Made by a program: the position numbers and the translations under genes
The notes under the pieces: generated by a model
Databases searched by the model: none
What the model saw: the letters and a program-made list of their open reading frames with translations, nothing else
What the model was told of the DNA's origin: nothing
Shown: piece after piece, positions 11,158 to 24,335 of the stretch
How positions within the stretch are numbered: the first letter of the stretch is position 1
How the letters are laid out: each line of letters opens with the position of its first letter
DNA from: Mustelus asterias
Taxonomy: Eukaryota
Length of the DNA stretch: 64,000 nucleotides
Assembly: GCF_964213995.1 (NCBI RefSeq)
Contig: NC_135803.1
Coordinates: forward strand, 126,728,001 to 126,792,000
Reading direction: 5' to 3'

Positions 11158-13869
11158 GAACAAAGAACAATACAGCACGGGAACAGGCCCTTCAGCCCTT
11201 CAAGCCTGCGCCGCTCATGTGCCCAACTAGACCATTTGTTTGTATCCCTCTATTCCCAGTCTGTTCATGTGGCTATCTAGATAAGTCTTAAACGATCCCA
11301 GCGTGTCCGCCTCAATCACCTTGCTTGGCAGTGCATTCCAGGCCCCCACCACCCTCTGTGTAAAATACGTCCCCCTAACATCTGTGTTGAACCTTGCCCC
11401 CCTCACCTTGAACCCATGACCCCTTGTGATCGTCACCTCCAACCTGGGAAAAAGCTTCCCACTGTTCACCCTATCTATGACCTTCATAATTTTATACACC
11501 TCTATTAGGTTGCCCCTCATCCTCCAGGGAGAACAACCCCAGTTTACCCAATCTCTCCTCATAGCTAAGACCCTCCATACCAGGCAACATCCTGGTAAAC
11601 CTTTTCTGTACTCTCTCCAAAAGCCTCCACGTCCTCCTGGTAGTGTGGCGACCAGAACTGGATGCAGTATTCCAAATGTGGTCTGACCAACGTTCTATAC
11701 AGCTGCAACATCATATGCCAACTTTTATATTCAATGCCCCGTCCAATAAAGGCAAGCATGCCATATGCCTTCTTGACCACCCTCTCCACCTGTGCTGCCA
11801 CCTTTAAGGATTTGTAGACTTGTACACCCAGGTCCCTCTGTGTGTCTATACTCCTGATGGTTCTGCCATTTATTGTATAGCTCCCCCTTACATTAGATCT
11901 ACTGAAATGCATCACTTTGCATTTATCTGGATTAAATTCCATCTGCCATTTCTCCGCCCAATGTTCCAGCCTATCTATATCCTGCTGTATTCTCTGACAA
12001 TGTTCATCACTATCCGCAACTCCAGCAATCTTTGTGTCATCCGCAAACTTACTGATCACACCAGCTACATCTTCCTCCAAATCATTTATATATATCACAA
12101 ACAGCAGAGGTCCCAGTACAGAGCCCTGCGGAACACCGCTAGTCACAGACCTCCATCCGGAAAAAGACCCCTCCACTGTTACCCTCTGTCTTCTATGGCT
12201 AAGCCAGTTCTCCACCCATTTAGCTAGCTCACCTTTTATCCCTGTGAGATTTGACCTTTTGCACCAGCCTACCATGAGGGACCTTGTCAAACGCTTTACT
12301 AAAATCCATATAGACGACATCCACGGCCCTTCCCTCGTCAATCGTTTTTGTCACCTCCTCAAAAAACTCAACCAAATTTGTGAGGCATGACCTCCCTTGT
12401 ACAAAACCATGCTGTCTATCGCTAATGAGATTATTCAGTTCTAAATGTGCATATATCCTATCTCTAAGAATCTTCTCCAACAATTTCCCTACCATGGACG
12501 TCAAGCTCACCGGCCTATAATTACCCGGGTTATCCTTGCTACCCTTCTTAAATAACGGGACCACATTTGCTATCCTCCAATCCTCTGGGAGCTCACCTGT
12601 GTCCAGTGAAGAGACAAAGATTTCTGTTAGAGGCCCAGCAATTTCATCTCTTGCCTCCCTGAGGAGTCTAGGATAGATGCCATCTGGCCCTGGGGATTTG
12701 TCTGTCTTAATGTTTCCTAAAAACCCTAACACTTCCTCCCTTGTAATTGAGATTTTTTCTAATGGGTCAACACATCTCTCTGAGACACTACCAGTCAACA
12801 TGTCCCTCTCCTTTGTGAATACTGATGCAAAGTATTCGTTTAGGATCTCTCCTACTTCCTTTGGTTCTAAGCATAATTCCCCTCCTTTGTCCCTGAGAGG
12901 TCCGATTCTTTCCCTAACAACCCTCTTGTTCCTAGAATGTATAAAATGCCTTAGGATTCTCCTTAATCCTGTCTGCCAAGGACATTTCGTGACCCCTTTT
13001 TGCCCTTCTAACTCCCTGTTTGAGTTCTTTTCTACTTTCTCTGTATTCCTCCAGTGCTCCATCTGTTTTTAGCTGCCTGGACCTCATGTATGCCTCTTTT
13101 TTCTTTTTGATTAGACCCACAATTTCACTGGTTATCCACGGCTCCCGAATCCTACCTTTCCTATCCTTCCTCTTTACAGGCACATGCCTGTCCTGCAGTC
13201 CTATCAACTGCTCCTTAAAAGACTCCCACATGCCAGCTGTGGATTTACCCTCAAAGAGCCTCTCCCAATCAACAGCCACCAAATCCTGCCTAATCCGGCT
13301 GTAGTTAGCCTTTCCCCCCAATTCAGCACCTTACCCATAGGACAACACTCATCTTTTTCCATTACTATCCTAAAGTTTACAGAATTGTGGTCACTATTTG
13401 CCACATGTTCCCCTACTGAAACTTTGATGACCTGACCGGGCTCATTCCCCAGTACTAGGTCCAGTATAGTCCCCTCTCTAGTTGGACTGTCAGCATATTG
13501 TTCCAAAGAACCTTGCTGTACGCATTTTATAAATTCTTCCCCGTCCAGGCCCCCAGCCCTAAGCGATTTCCAGTCTATGTGAGGGAAATTAAAGTCTCCC
13601 ACTACAACAACCCTATTTTTTCTGCACCTGTCCAGAATCTCCTTACATATCCATTCCCGTGGGCTGTTGGGAGGTCTGTAGTATACCCCCAGCATAGTGA
13701 CTGCGCCCTTCCTGTTTCTGAGCTCCACCCACAGTGACTCGTTACCTGACCCTTCCAAATTGTCCACCCTCTGTACCGCTGTAATATGCTCCCTAACCAG
13801 CATTGCTACTCCCCCACCTCTCCTAGCCCCTTCTCTATCTTGCCTAAAATACTTATACCCCGGAATATT
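11158..13869 (-). mobile_element. CR1 LINE with most of ORF2 (APE endonuclease plus RT), frameshifted
   Basis: Consecutive ORFs 13204-13872 (GGGVA, VYYRPP, GDFN, SDH), 12932-13321, 12229-13062 ([16 protein letters not shown]), 11565-12341 (GVPQG, FADD) and 11227-11562. Confidence 0.95.
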
Positions 13870-13931
13870 CACTTATTTTTATTAGTGTCACAAGTAGGCT
13901 TACACTAATACTGCAATGATGTTACTGTGAA
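13870..13931 (-). mobile_element. V-SINE type-B tail fragment
   Basis: TTATTAGTGTCACAAGTAGGCTTAC...GTTACTGTGAAAAT matches the tail at 10700-10760. Confidence 0.8.
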
Positions 13932-14118
13932 AATAATGTCAGCAAATCATTAACAATCCATTAATTCCTGATTTGGTACTGGCACAGTCGTTAATCTGAC
14001 GTACAACTTTGGTACCAACTGTAATAACACTTTACAATTCCTGTGGTCCAATTGCAGCAAGTTCAAGCCAAGACATGCAAGAAAACCATAATAATTTTTA
14101 CACAATGTTGTCTTGCAG

Positions 14119-14235
14119 TTGGAACGAGAACAGGAGAGGAGTGGCGAGGAACAGGAGAATGCCCCTGAATTCATCAAAGTCAAAGAAAACTTGCGGCGAA
14201 CCTCTACTTTCAGTGCAGAAAAGAAAGCTGGGTAG
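14119..14235 (+). CDS. FAM107A: FAM107A last coding exon
   Basis: Acceptor tcttgcag|, phase 0 join to the previous exon. LEREQERSGEEQENAPEFIKVKENLRRTSTFSAEKKAG* contains the FAM107 APEFIKV.ENLRR motif; TAG at 14233-14235. Confidence 0.88.
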   Translation: MEREQERSGEEQENAPEFIKVKENLRRTSTFSAEKKAG

Positions 14236-16220
14236 TATTGAGCCCTCCTGTCCCAGCTGAATTTAACTGGTGGGTTAAACTTGGCACCAGTTCTACTTGA
14301 CTGATTTGCTATGCCATCGCTATAGAGTTCATTTAATGTTCTTGTCTTTCTTCAGAGAATAATGAAATATGAAATGTTATTCAGCTGTGAATGATGGCTA
14401 GTCTTTTCCTGACGTAAAGAATGTTTGTTCCATGGGCACCTGCCAAATCTGGTCATTTGGTGAAAACACAAAAGTGCTATTTTACAGTGAAGATGCCAGT
14501 TTGGAGAACGGCACGGATAATAGGAATCCTATGAAGCTGGAAGGTGACTTTACTAATAGCGGAGTGCAAGTGATCTATCAACACTGTAAATTCATTACTC
14601 CCTGCTAAAACTGCTGACGTGAGCTGCATTGAGTTAATTATATTCTTGCAAACATTGCATGTGATGATGCAATGCACATAAATAACGTTTCATAATTAGA
14701 GTTTTATGCAAAGGTTCATCCACCTAAATAACATCAACTGAGATTCTGCAGTCATGACACTTAACTATTTAATGAGAACACAACAAAATGTTCTCTTTAA
14801 CAGGATGAAATGGTGACATCGTCATGTTACGTTATTGGAGTTTGTCATCAAAACAAGCCTTTTGCCTGTCTTGTAGTTTGACCAGATTTTATGACTTGTA
14901 TGTCTTGGTTTCTTGGTACAACTATATTTGAATTAAAAATGTTGCTAATGGAAGATTACATCATTGTAAATGCTGCATATATATTTTAATATTAATCTTG
15001 AGCTCCAGATCAAAACAGTAAAATAAATGGTTCATTGTAGTATTTTATGGATATATCATTTGTATGGACACGCATACAGCCGTCAGCTAAATTAACGAGA
15101 ATCTGCCGGGAAGATTCGGAGCTGTGAGCTGCTAATTTTTAGAGATTGAGTTTAGAACAACACAATGTATTCTGGAAAAATATACCATGATTCTCAATGG
15201 AATAATCGTTACACGTGTATGGGTTAAAGTAATAAATAGGGTCTACACAATTATAACTTTTACAGTAAACAGAGAAACAACTGACCTACACACTTTGGAA
15301 ACATGTGTTTTCCTGACAACATATTTAACTTTAGACTAATTTTAATTCTGACATTACTATCATAAGTTATTATCTCCATAGATGTCATCAATGTTGTCTT
15401 AACATATTACGCCTTAGAAAATCACAGAAAATAGCCTTACAGAATGTACAGAATTCCATGGAGTTAGCACAAGAAATATATTAACTTTGACCTTAAACCA
15501 GTAATCATTAAAAATCAGTGCTCAAGTGATTAATTGGTGCAGCATTTTTATATTCATATCCCTATGTTATATTTCACAGTACTGATTTCATTTCTGGTAA
15601 GAAGTAGTGTCAGGTCATGGAAACTATACTTACTGTTTTAAAAAAAACTCATCAGTTGGTTATGAATGTAACCCTGAAATCCTTTTAAATATATCTGAGT
15701 TTGGGTCACTCTTCGCTTTGCTCTCTGTATTAGATTCACTGGGTAATAAATTGAAAGGATTTCTTGTATTTTACTTGAACAGAATTGTGAAAAAAAAGTT
15801 CAACTTAGCTTACACTGTTAATAGTTTGCATTGTTTATAATGGTAACAGCTATCTGTATATGTTTTGGGAATGTTGCCTTTGAGATGTTGCTGAATAGGT
15901 ATTGACTGTTGGGTAAGTTGTACCTATCACATCACTATATGAAACAATGGTTACATGTGTCTGATAGAATATGTCTCACAGCACTAACCTTGGAATGGAG
16001 TTTATTTTCTCTCACTGTTACTCATTTTTTGAGGAATTGTTACTTTTTTGTGTATATAAACATGCATATAAAATTCAAGTCAGTCTGTGATTATAAATAC
16101 CCAGTGTAATTATCAATAACAGGAAAAGGGGGTAATGTATTCCGCTGTACTTTTGCCATCATAGGTTTGTGTCATTGTAACTTATAACTTTGAAATAAAA
16201 CATACATATTTTACTTTGTG
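14236..16220 (+). other. FAM107A: Probable FAM107A 3' UTR
   Basis: ~2 kb AT-rich, transposon-free stretch after the stop codon, ending near an AATAAA. The end point is inferred. Confidence 0.55.
16194..16199 (+). terminator. Putative polyadenylation signal of FAM107A
   Basis: AATAAA preceded by TGTA elements and followed by T/GT-rich sequence; repeats resume shortly downstream. Alternative AATAAA at 15022 and 15231. Confidence 0.5.
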
Positions 16221-16429
16221 GAAAATTCTGGTACATAAATTGTGCAGGCTTTGCACTGTTTTTCAAATATTGCAATTACTGTATTGTTTGTGGAGGCTTA
16301 TATATTCCAAACAAATTGCTGTTTTCGATTACAAACACCTTATGAGATTTTACAGAACTTCGAGCTGATGAAGAAGATTTTCCATCATTCAGCACCTAAT
16401 CATATCCTGGGGTCAATCCAAATGATTTA

Positions 16430-16695
16430 ACAGCCAATGAATTACATTTTGAACTATAATAATTAATGCAATAGCCAGTATGCACACAGCAAGGTACCAA
16501 AAAAACAGCAAATAACCAATAAATCTATTTTTAAAGTTCTATGAGCAGTGCCATGCGAACTTTTACTATAGAGGCAGATGGCGCATTGACTTAAGTTCTT
16601 AACTGAAAGAAGGCACCCTGAGAATGCAGCATTCCCTCAGAACGGCATTAAGATTGTGCTGTAGTTCAACAGAGGAAGTGAAACTCAGTCTTCTA
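16430..16695 (-). mobile_element. Highly diverged DeuSINE-like element
   Basis: Similar to 58305-58650 (TGCACACAGCAA; CTGAAAGAAGGCACC...TGCAGCATTCCCTCAG). Confidence 0.5.
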
Positions 16696-17096
16696 ACTAT
16701 TTGTTTGTATATTTCAAAGCAATCTTATTGAAATCAATTTTAGCTCACTGAGCAATGTTACATTAATACAGGGCCACCTAACAAAGTTTAAAGTGAATTG
16801 TTTATAAATCATAATAGAATACTTTAAAGATGATACAAAATAGTTGATTTTGCTAATCTTGTATGCATTCCTTTTACTAAGTTGTCAGTTTTCCATTGGC
16901 AGTAAGTACAGAAATTACAGTCCAAACAGCAGCTGTTTGAAATAAATAAAGATTGTCTGGAAGATCGTCAGGGGATACTAGAGGTAATGGTGAGGGAACA
17001 GGAAGAGAAGCCATTGCAAGTAGTGTTTTGATTACAGTTAATTACATAAGACTAGAACCAGATGAGTGCACTCCTAGCCAGTTGGATAACATTCGA

Positions 17097-17275
17097 GGGA
17101 TGCAGTGGTTAACCATGTCAAAAACACTCAAGTTGTGTGGGTTAGGTTGATTGGCCATGCCAGAAGTGTCAGGGGGTTAGCGGGGTGAATATGTGGGAAT
17201 AGGGCCTGGCTGGGATTGTTGTACATGCTAGCTCGATAGGCCGAATGGCCTCCTGACGCACTGTATCATTCTGCA
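17097..17275 (+). mobile_element. HE1-like V-SINE with internal deletion
   Basis: Head remnant plus GGTTAGGTTGATTGGCCATG and the CR1-type tail GGCCGAATGGCCTCC. Confidence 0.7.
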
Positions 17276-17399
17276 TGAGATGGGTCCTAGGAAAAGGGCT
17301 GATAGTTTACCTTTTGTCAGTCACAAAGGATGTTGTTTGCTGATTTGGTACTGTGGCCGATGTTGAAAACTGATTAATTCGAGGGATTTGAGACGTGTT

Positions 17400-17716
17400 C
17401 ATAGAATCCCTACAGTACAGGAGGCCATTCGGCCCATCGAGTCTGTACCAACAACAATCCCACCGAGGCCCTATTCCTGTAACCCCACACATTTTACCCT
17501 GCTAATCCCCCTGACACTAGGGTCAATTTAGAATGGCCAATCAACCTAACCCGTACATCTTTGGACTGGGAGGAAACCGGAGCACCCGGAGGAAACCCAC
17601 GCAGACACGGGGAGAATGTGCAAACTCCACACAGCCAGTGAACCAAGGCCAGAATTGAACCCGGGTCCCTGGCGCTGTGAGCCAGCAGTGCTAACCATTG
17701 TGCCACCGTGCTGCCC
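17400..17716 (-). mobile_element. HE1-like V-SINE (tail type A)
   Basis: Full tRNA-like head, V-domain and CR1-like tail GGGCCGAATGGCCTCCTGTACTGTAGGGATTCTATG. Confidence 0.9.
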
Positions 17717-18050
17717 ATCTTTCGCACATTTCTGGCATAGCCTGTGTGAAACTCCGTGCTGGGAAGGGCACTTGTGTGGGCTTTTCATGTGTGCTCGAAG
17801 TATGCCTTCTTACCAGGTTATGACGTCAAATAGCTGTATTAACTTGGAACATGCAAATCCACTCGACATATTTGAATTTTGCTCACTAAAGAACAGTCCT
17901 ACGTTTGGCAGGAGAAATGCACCGTGGTCATTTAAACTGACCTCTGCTATTGCAAGCATTCTGGAAGTACTTTGGAGTGCTTTAGGAGGTGTTGTGGTGG
18001 ACGAGTTGCTGGATTTGTCAAGAATGTTGCTGCAAGCTTAGAGAGATAAG

Positions 18051-18391
18051 AATCATAGAAACCCTACAGTGCAGAAAGAGGCCATTGGGCCCATCGAGTC
18101 TGCACCGACCACAATCCCACCTCGGCCCTCCCCCCACATCCCCACATATTTACCTGCTAATCCCTCTAACCTATGCATCTCAGGACACTAAGGGGCAATT
18201 TTAGCATAGCCAATCGACCTAACCCGCACATCTTTGGACTGTGGGAGGAAACCGGAGCACCCAGAGGAAACCCACGCAGACACGAGGAGAATGTGCAAAC
18301 TCCACACAGACAGTGACCCAAGCCGGGAATCGAACCCAGGTCCCTGCGAGCTGTGAAGCAGCAGTGCTAACCACTGTGCTACCGTGCTGCC
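18051..18391 (-). mobile_element. HE1-like V-SINE (tail type A)
   Basis: Full-length copy, very similar to 63297-63643. Confidence 0.9.
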
Positions 18392-20207
18392 TCTCAGAGG
18401 ACAGAGGATATGATGATCTTTCTCCACCAAGACTGCAACAAATATGGGCCTGCAGTGACAGTCCATCTGGATCTGCTGTACTGCAGAGACGCAATGCCCA
18501 CCAAGTTGGAACCAGGCTCCTCTATGCTCCTTGACGGTTTGTCTGGCAGCACAGTTGGTTGCACCCTTATTCTCATGTTCTCCTGAATATCATTCCAACA
18601 AAGTCCTCATTTGATCCCACTGGAGCAGAACTTATCTGCGACCTTGCCCTCCTGCGATCAGCCATAGATTATCCTTTACCCCGCTTTGGTTGAAGTCCAC
18701 TTGTGTCCATGTGACTCACCATGTGCTGATCCCAACCCCAACCAGCCGAATGGTATGAGCAGTCCCAGTATCTGACTTGGTGGCTGAACAAGTCAGGCCA
18801 AGTGACGGGGTTGGGGGAGGGGATCAAAGGTTTATTTATTTAAAATCAACTTTCATCACAGCTAAGGGCTGAACTGGGGTAAAGTTTTAAAAATGATTAA
18901 AAATAGCAAAGTAGAACAACAATGAGCAGGGGTATCAGAAAGGGAAAGTTGGGATGTGTGGAAAGCAGCACTTTGATTGTCACACCAGCTGCAGCTTGTA
19001 CATCATGTCAGACACCAGGATGAGGGTGAGTTGGCAGTTGGGAAGAGGCATAAATCAAGATCATACAGTTATCTGCAATGTTCTCAGCATCGATGGGCTG
19101 TGGGCCAGCAGTGCAGAACCCAAGGAGTACCATCTCTCTCAGACTCAAATTGTCCCTCACTTGTTTTGCTCTGCTCATGGCTGTTATAGGTAACCTTATC
19201 CTGTTGGAGAGAGAGATTTGGATGATGTGCCTGGCATAGTAGGAGAGAAATCGTGGGCCCTGGTGCTTCTCTGGTTTCCAGCTTGTTTCCATTGGTAGAG
19301 TGACCCTTGTTTGAAATCTATGAGCAGAATCAGCTTCATAGTTAAAAGATTAGTCCCATTTTTGCCGAGCTTGAACCTGATGAAAACGTGAGATTGACTG
19401 TGCAAACACCTGCTCTTTCAGACACTTTATTAGCTGCCTAAAATCAAAATCAGTTTCTTTAGCAAAATGAAACAACACAATCAATCTGGCAGTCAAAAGC
19501 ACAGAAAAACAAAGGCGAGACAAGAGAACGAAGCTGAGCAAAAAGACAGTTTGTCATTTTATTTTTAGAAGTTCAAAGTTTTTATTAATCATCCAAAAGT
19601 ATGGGTGAATTATCTACTGACTTGACAATTTCCAGAGATACCACATTGACTGCAAAAGTTGAACAAGTGGACTCTGAAATTACAACGGAACTACAAGGTG
19701 TTACTGATTCTGTTGGGGAGGGAAGAAATCTACCCTGAAGACATTGCCTTATGGCCAAAATATGTCTCACTGGGTATGGTAAAACATTTTGTACTAAATA
19801 AACTGAAAACCATAGGTAATATGGAAAATTTGAGAAAAGAGATTTTGAAGTTGAAGGCTGAATGCAGGTTAGAAATCTTCATCAGTTCCATTCTCTGGGG
19901 GTGAAGAGAAATGGGATGACTGAAATTAGAAATTGGTTGATTTCTTTCGGAAAGCTCTAAGGCAGTCTGCTGTTGTTTGCAAATTATTCCCTGACCCTGA
20001 CCCTAGTAAAGGGAATCAAACATTCATCAACAAGGACTTCAATTGGAGAAATGGTTTAAGAGATTTTGCTGATACTAAACTTCCAAAGCGCATATTAAAG
20101 CTACGTGTGCATTCATTCAAAGATGTAAATTATCTGGAAGAATTGATTCTGCATTATCGGCTCAGTTTGAAAAAGAGTGTTCTTGTTGGAGGAAAATGCT
20201 GAGATGT

Positions 20208-20400
20208 GTTTTGATTTGTTTTATTATTGTCACATGTATTGGTATACAGTGAAAAGTATTGTTTCTTGCGCGCTATTCAGACAAAGCATACCATTCATAG
20301 AGAAGGAAAGGAGAGAGTGCAGAATGTGGTGTGACAATCATAACTAGGGTGTAGAGAAAGATCAACTTAGTGTGAGGTAGGTCCATTCAAAAATCTGATG
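20208..20400 (-). mobile_element. Rex1/Babar LINE 3' end
   Basis: Same 3' UTR and TGATT-type tail as 29490-29940; inserted in the hAT transposase. Confidence 0.8.
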
Positions 20401-21689
20401 TTGTTGATGATGTCTGTTGTTGCCATGATCAAACTGCTATCTTCTTTGGGACTACCTCTAAGAGCACATGATGAGTCATCATTGTCAAATCGAAAAGGTA
20501 ATATTTTTATCTTGCTTTGAATATCTCAGTGAATTTGATGAGCTTCTCAAAGAGCCTTTTGAAAAGTTGTCAATACTGTAGCTCAGGGAAGACCAACTTT
20601 TCAATCCACCAGACCTATGAATACTTTACTCTAATAGCAGAGTGGCTGAGAAACCAATTCATGAATGAAGTTAAAGATGCCAAATACTATTCCATAATAG
20701 TTGATTCAACACCAGCTGTGAGTCATGTGGAACAATTAACAGTAATTTTAACATATGTGATCAGCAGTGGTGAACTTGTAGAGCAACTTCTTTGTTTTGT
20801 CCAGCTAAAATCACACCTGCTGAATGTCTGAAGACAAATGTTTTAGAAATCATTGAAAATTTAGGTTTGAACATCAAAAATTGTTGTGGGCAGAGCTTCA
20901 ATAATGCAATAAATATGGCAGGAAAATATTCAGGTCTACAAGCAAGACTGAACAATGTAAGCCGCTGCGCATTATTCATCCCATGTTCCAGTCATTCCTT
21001 GAATTTAATCTGCAATGCTGCAGCCAAATCCTGTGAGGTGCTATACATTTTTTTGACTTTGTTCAAAGCCAAGTATGCCTTTCTTTCGTTTTCCACACAT
21101 CGGTGGAATATATTACAATCAAATGGAAAACATTTGACAGTGAAAAAAATTCATGACACCAGGTGGTCTGCTCGTGCAGATACTGTTTTGGCTTTGAAAA
21201 TGTCCTTCGATGATATAAAGGAAATCTTATTAGACATAGCCAAATCAAATTCAAAAAAACCATGTGTGAAACTAAAGCAACATCCTCAGGAGAGAAGTTT
21301 GAAAGGTGCAATATTGCTGTTTTTATTCTTTTGTTGAACCGTTTACTTCAAAGAATTAATGTCAGCAGACTGCTGCAAAATATTGATACAAATTTATTTA
21401 TTTAGTTAAAATTTTATCATGGAAGTTGAAAATGATTGCAGCTAGATGGAAGCAAAAGCACTAACGCTAACAACAAATATAGGCTCCTCTGATATCAGAT
21501 GAGAAGCGTATAAGACATAGGAAGTTATTTCTCAGTGAAACTAGAGACAATGAAATCATTTTAAAACAGGAAAGAGAAGATCATCATTGAGACTGTCAAC
21601 GCTATTTGTGACACTCTAATGGTGAAATTGCAGAGTAGAAGTGAATCTTTGAAGAAAACTGTTGATTTATTTTGTGTGCTTTTTGACAG

Positions 21690-22602
21690 AGTCATAGAGT
21701 CAGAGGTTTACAGCATGGAAACAGGCCCTTCGGCCCAACTTGTCCATGCTGCCCCTTTTTTTAGCCCCTAAGCTCGTCCCAATTGCCCGCGTTTGGCCCA
21801 TATCCCTCTATACCCATCTTACCCATGTAACTGTCTAAACACTTTTTATGAGACAAAATTGTACCCGCCTCTACTACTACCTCTGGCAGCTTGTTCCAGA
21901 TACTCACCACCCTCGGTGTGAAAATATTGCTCCTCTGGACACTTTTGTATCACTCCCCTATCACCTTAAACCTATGCCTTCTAGTTTCAGACTCCCCTAC
22001 CTTTGGGAAAAGATTGACTATCTAGCTGATCTATGCCCCTCATTACTTTATAGCCCTCTATAAGATCACCCCTAAGCCTCCTACACTCCAGAGAAAAAAG
22101 TCCCAGTCTATCCAGCCTCAAACCATCAAGTCCTGGTAGCATCCTAGTAAATCTTTTCTGCACTCTTTCTAGTTTAATAATATCATTTCTATGATAGGGT
22201 GACAAGAACTGTACACAGTATTCCAAGTGTGGCCTTACCAATGTCTAGCACAACTTCAATAAGACGTCCCAACTCCTGTATTCAATGTTCTGACCAATTA
22301 AATCAAGCATGCCAAAAACCTTCTTCACCACTCTGTCCACCTGTGACTCCACTTTCAAGGAGCTATGAACCTGTACCCCTGGATCTCTTAGTTCTGTAAC
22401 TCTCCCCAATGCCCTACCATTAACTGAGTAAGTCCTGCCCTGTTTCGATTGACCAAAATGCATCACCTCGCATTTATCTAAATTAAATTCCATCTGCCAT
22501 TCGTCAGCCCACTGCCAATTGATCAAGATCCTGTTGCAATCCTAGAAAACCTTCTTCACTGTCCACTATGCCACCAATCTTGGTGTCAAATGCAAACTTA
22601 CA
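21690..22602 (-). mobile_element. CR1 LINE 3' fragment inside the hAT transposase
   Basis: ORFs 21987-22241 and 22245-22526 ([20 protein letters not shown]); AGAGTCAT tail. Confidence 0.9.
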
Positions 22603-23989
22603 AACCCAGGTTGAGAGGTACGGATGAAAATGCTAAAAATCATTGCAGTAAGAACTTAAGTGAGTTCTACCAGGACATAGGCACAAATCTTTTTGAAGAT
22701 GAGGTGAAATGATTCATTCATTTTATCGTTAATGATGAACTCTGTGCTTCGTGATCACCAGCTGATTTGCACAGACTTGTATCTGATGGTTTGCAGGCAA
22801 TCCTTCTAATGTGGAAACCATTCTGAAAATACTTTTAACAATACCTGTCATAAATGTTTCCTTGAAAGTTCTTTATCTGTTTGAAAAGTTAAAAATTATT
22901 TGTGAAGTATGGTGACTCAGGAACATTTGACAAGTTCACAATATTGAGAATTGAAAGTGCGTCTTTACAAGATATTACCTATGATCGTGTAATTGATTAT
23001 TTTGTAAAGGAAAAGTGTAGAAAAAAAGCTATCTAAATTGCCATGTCAACAAGGGATGAAGTAAGGAAATCTTAAAAAGCTGTCCTTCTTCCATATTCTC
23101 TTGTTTAAATTCTGTTTTTCAAAATGACCATTGCTGAGGTGATATAATGGCTGAAGCTGGTCACATGCTGGTGGCTCTAGTCAACATCACTCTCAAGACT
23201 GGACTTCTTAAAGTCTCTCGGACAAATAACGGAATCCTGCCAGACAAAGCCACCTGATATTGGACTTGGACTAATTGGACTCCACTCACGTGAATTTATA
23301 ACAATAACTTTTTTGATTTTGTAAGAGGAAGTTCACTTTTATTTTTGGAGACTCTGTGAAATATACTGAACAGCAGTGTATGTATCTTGTTGATTGGAGT
23401 ATTTGCTCCTGCACTGGCTCATTCTGAAGAAATCCTAACTGTGATGCATGATTCCTTTTAAATAAAGAGTTGCTAGGCAATGTTTTTACTAGCTGTACTG
23501 CAGTGATGTTATTGGCTGATTTTTCCATCTCGTTGCTCATCAGCAAGTTTCACGTTTGCTTGTCTCAAATCTCATATCGCAATATTAACCATCTTTACCG
23601 TCATTCTGACAAGAGGTGGACTTGGATTTCAGCAAGGCAATTATTCGCACAGGCACGTTTTTGCAGGTGAAAAAGCAGCGATCAAATTATGTATTTTTGT
23701 GACTAGTGCTTTTGTGTTTTGCAGGGCAAGGGTGGGGAGCAGTGAGGTTGGGGATGAGGGTGCAGAAATTAAGGTGAGCACAAGGCCTCACTAATTGTAA
23801 ATCTGCCTATGGGTGTCTGTGTCAGATTCTGGGCATTGTGCTTTAAAGAGCATGGGAAGGTTTTAGAGAGGGGGCAGAATAGATTTATGGAAATGATGCC
23901 AGGGATGGGGGCTTCAGTTATGTGAATAGATTGGAGAAGTTGGGGTTGTTCTCTTGAGAGAAGAGTTGAGTGGCGATTTGACAGAGATG

Positions 23990-24335
23990 TTTATTGATTT
24001 GATTTATTTATTTGATTTTCACATATATTGGGATACAGTGAAAAGTATTATTTCTATAGACAAAGCATACTGTTCATAGAGTACATAGGGGAGAAGGAAA
24101 GGAGAGGGTGCAGAATATAGTGTTACAGTCACAGATAGGGTGTAGAGAAAGATCAGTTTAATATGTGGTAGGTCCATTCAAAAGCCTGATGGCAGCAGGG
24201 AAGAAGCTGTTCTTGAGTTGGTTGGTACGCGATCACAGGCTTTTGTATATTTTTCCCGACAAAAGAAAATATGTCCGGGATTCATGGGGTCCTTGATTAT
24301 GCTAGCTGTTTTTCCGAGGCAGTGGGAAGTGTAGT
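23990..24335 (-). mobile_element. Rex1/Babar LINE 3' fragment, inside an old + strand CR1 (~23815-24980)
   Basis: Homologous to 29490-29840. Confidence 0.8.

Larger units (their letters stand above)
19467..23036 (+). pseudogene. Decayed hAT transposase (ZMYM1/DUF4371, Tip100-like) interrupted by LINEs
   Basis: Fragments in order: MKQHNQSGSQKHRK (19467), YYSIIVDSTPAVSHVEQL, CCGQSFNNAINMAGKYSGLQ, FIPCSSHSLNL, TRWSAR, and a C-terminal dimerisation-like region ending DRVIDYFVKEKCRKKAI* (23036). Many stops and frameshifts. A possible right terminus TAAATCTGCCTATG lies at ~23798-23811. Confidence 0.8.

Noticed and set aside
6972-13435. Plus-strand ORFs of 80-135 aa overlapping CR1 copies
   Set aside because: Antisense shadows of RT coding sequence.
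17640-17716. tRNA genes at SINE heads
   Set aside because: A/B-box-like heads run directly into the V-domain and tail in many diverged copies; these are SINEs.
17717-18720. Possible old LINE fragment between the SINEs
   Set aside because: It looks like decayed coding sequence, but no diagnostic motif could be read, so it was not called.
18600-19460. Left terminal inverted repeat of the hAT fossil
   Set aside because: No convincing match to the candidate right end and no 8-bp TSD could be found by eye.
20517-21337. Functional ZMYM1-like host gene or domesticated transposase
   Set aside because: Multiple stops, frameshifts and LINE insertions within the coding region.
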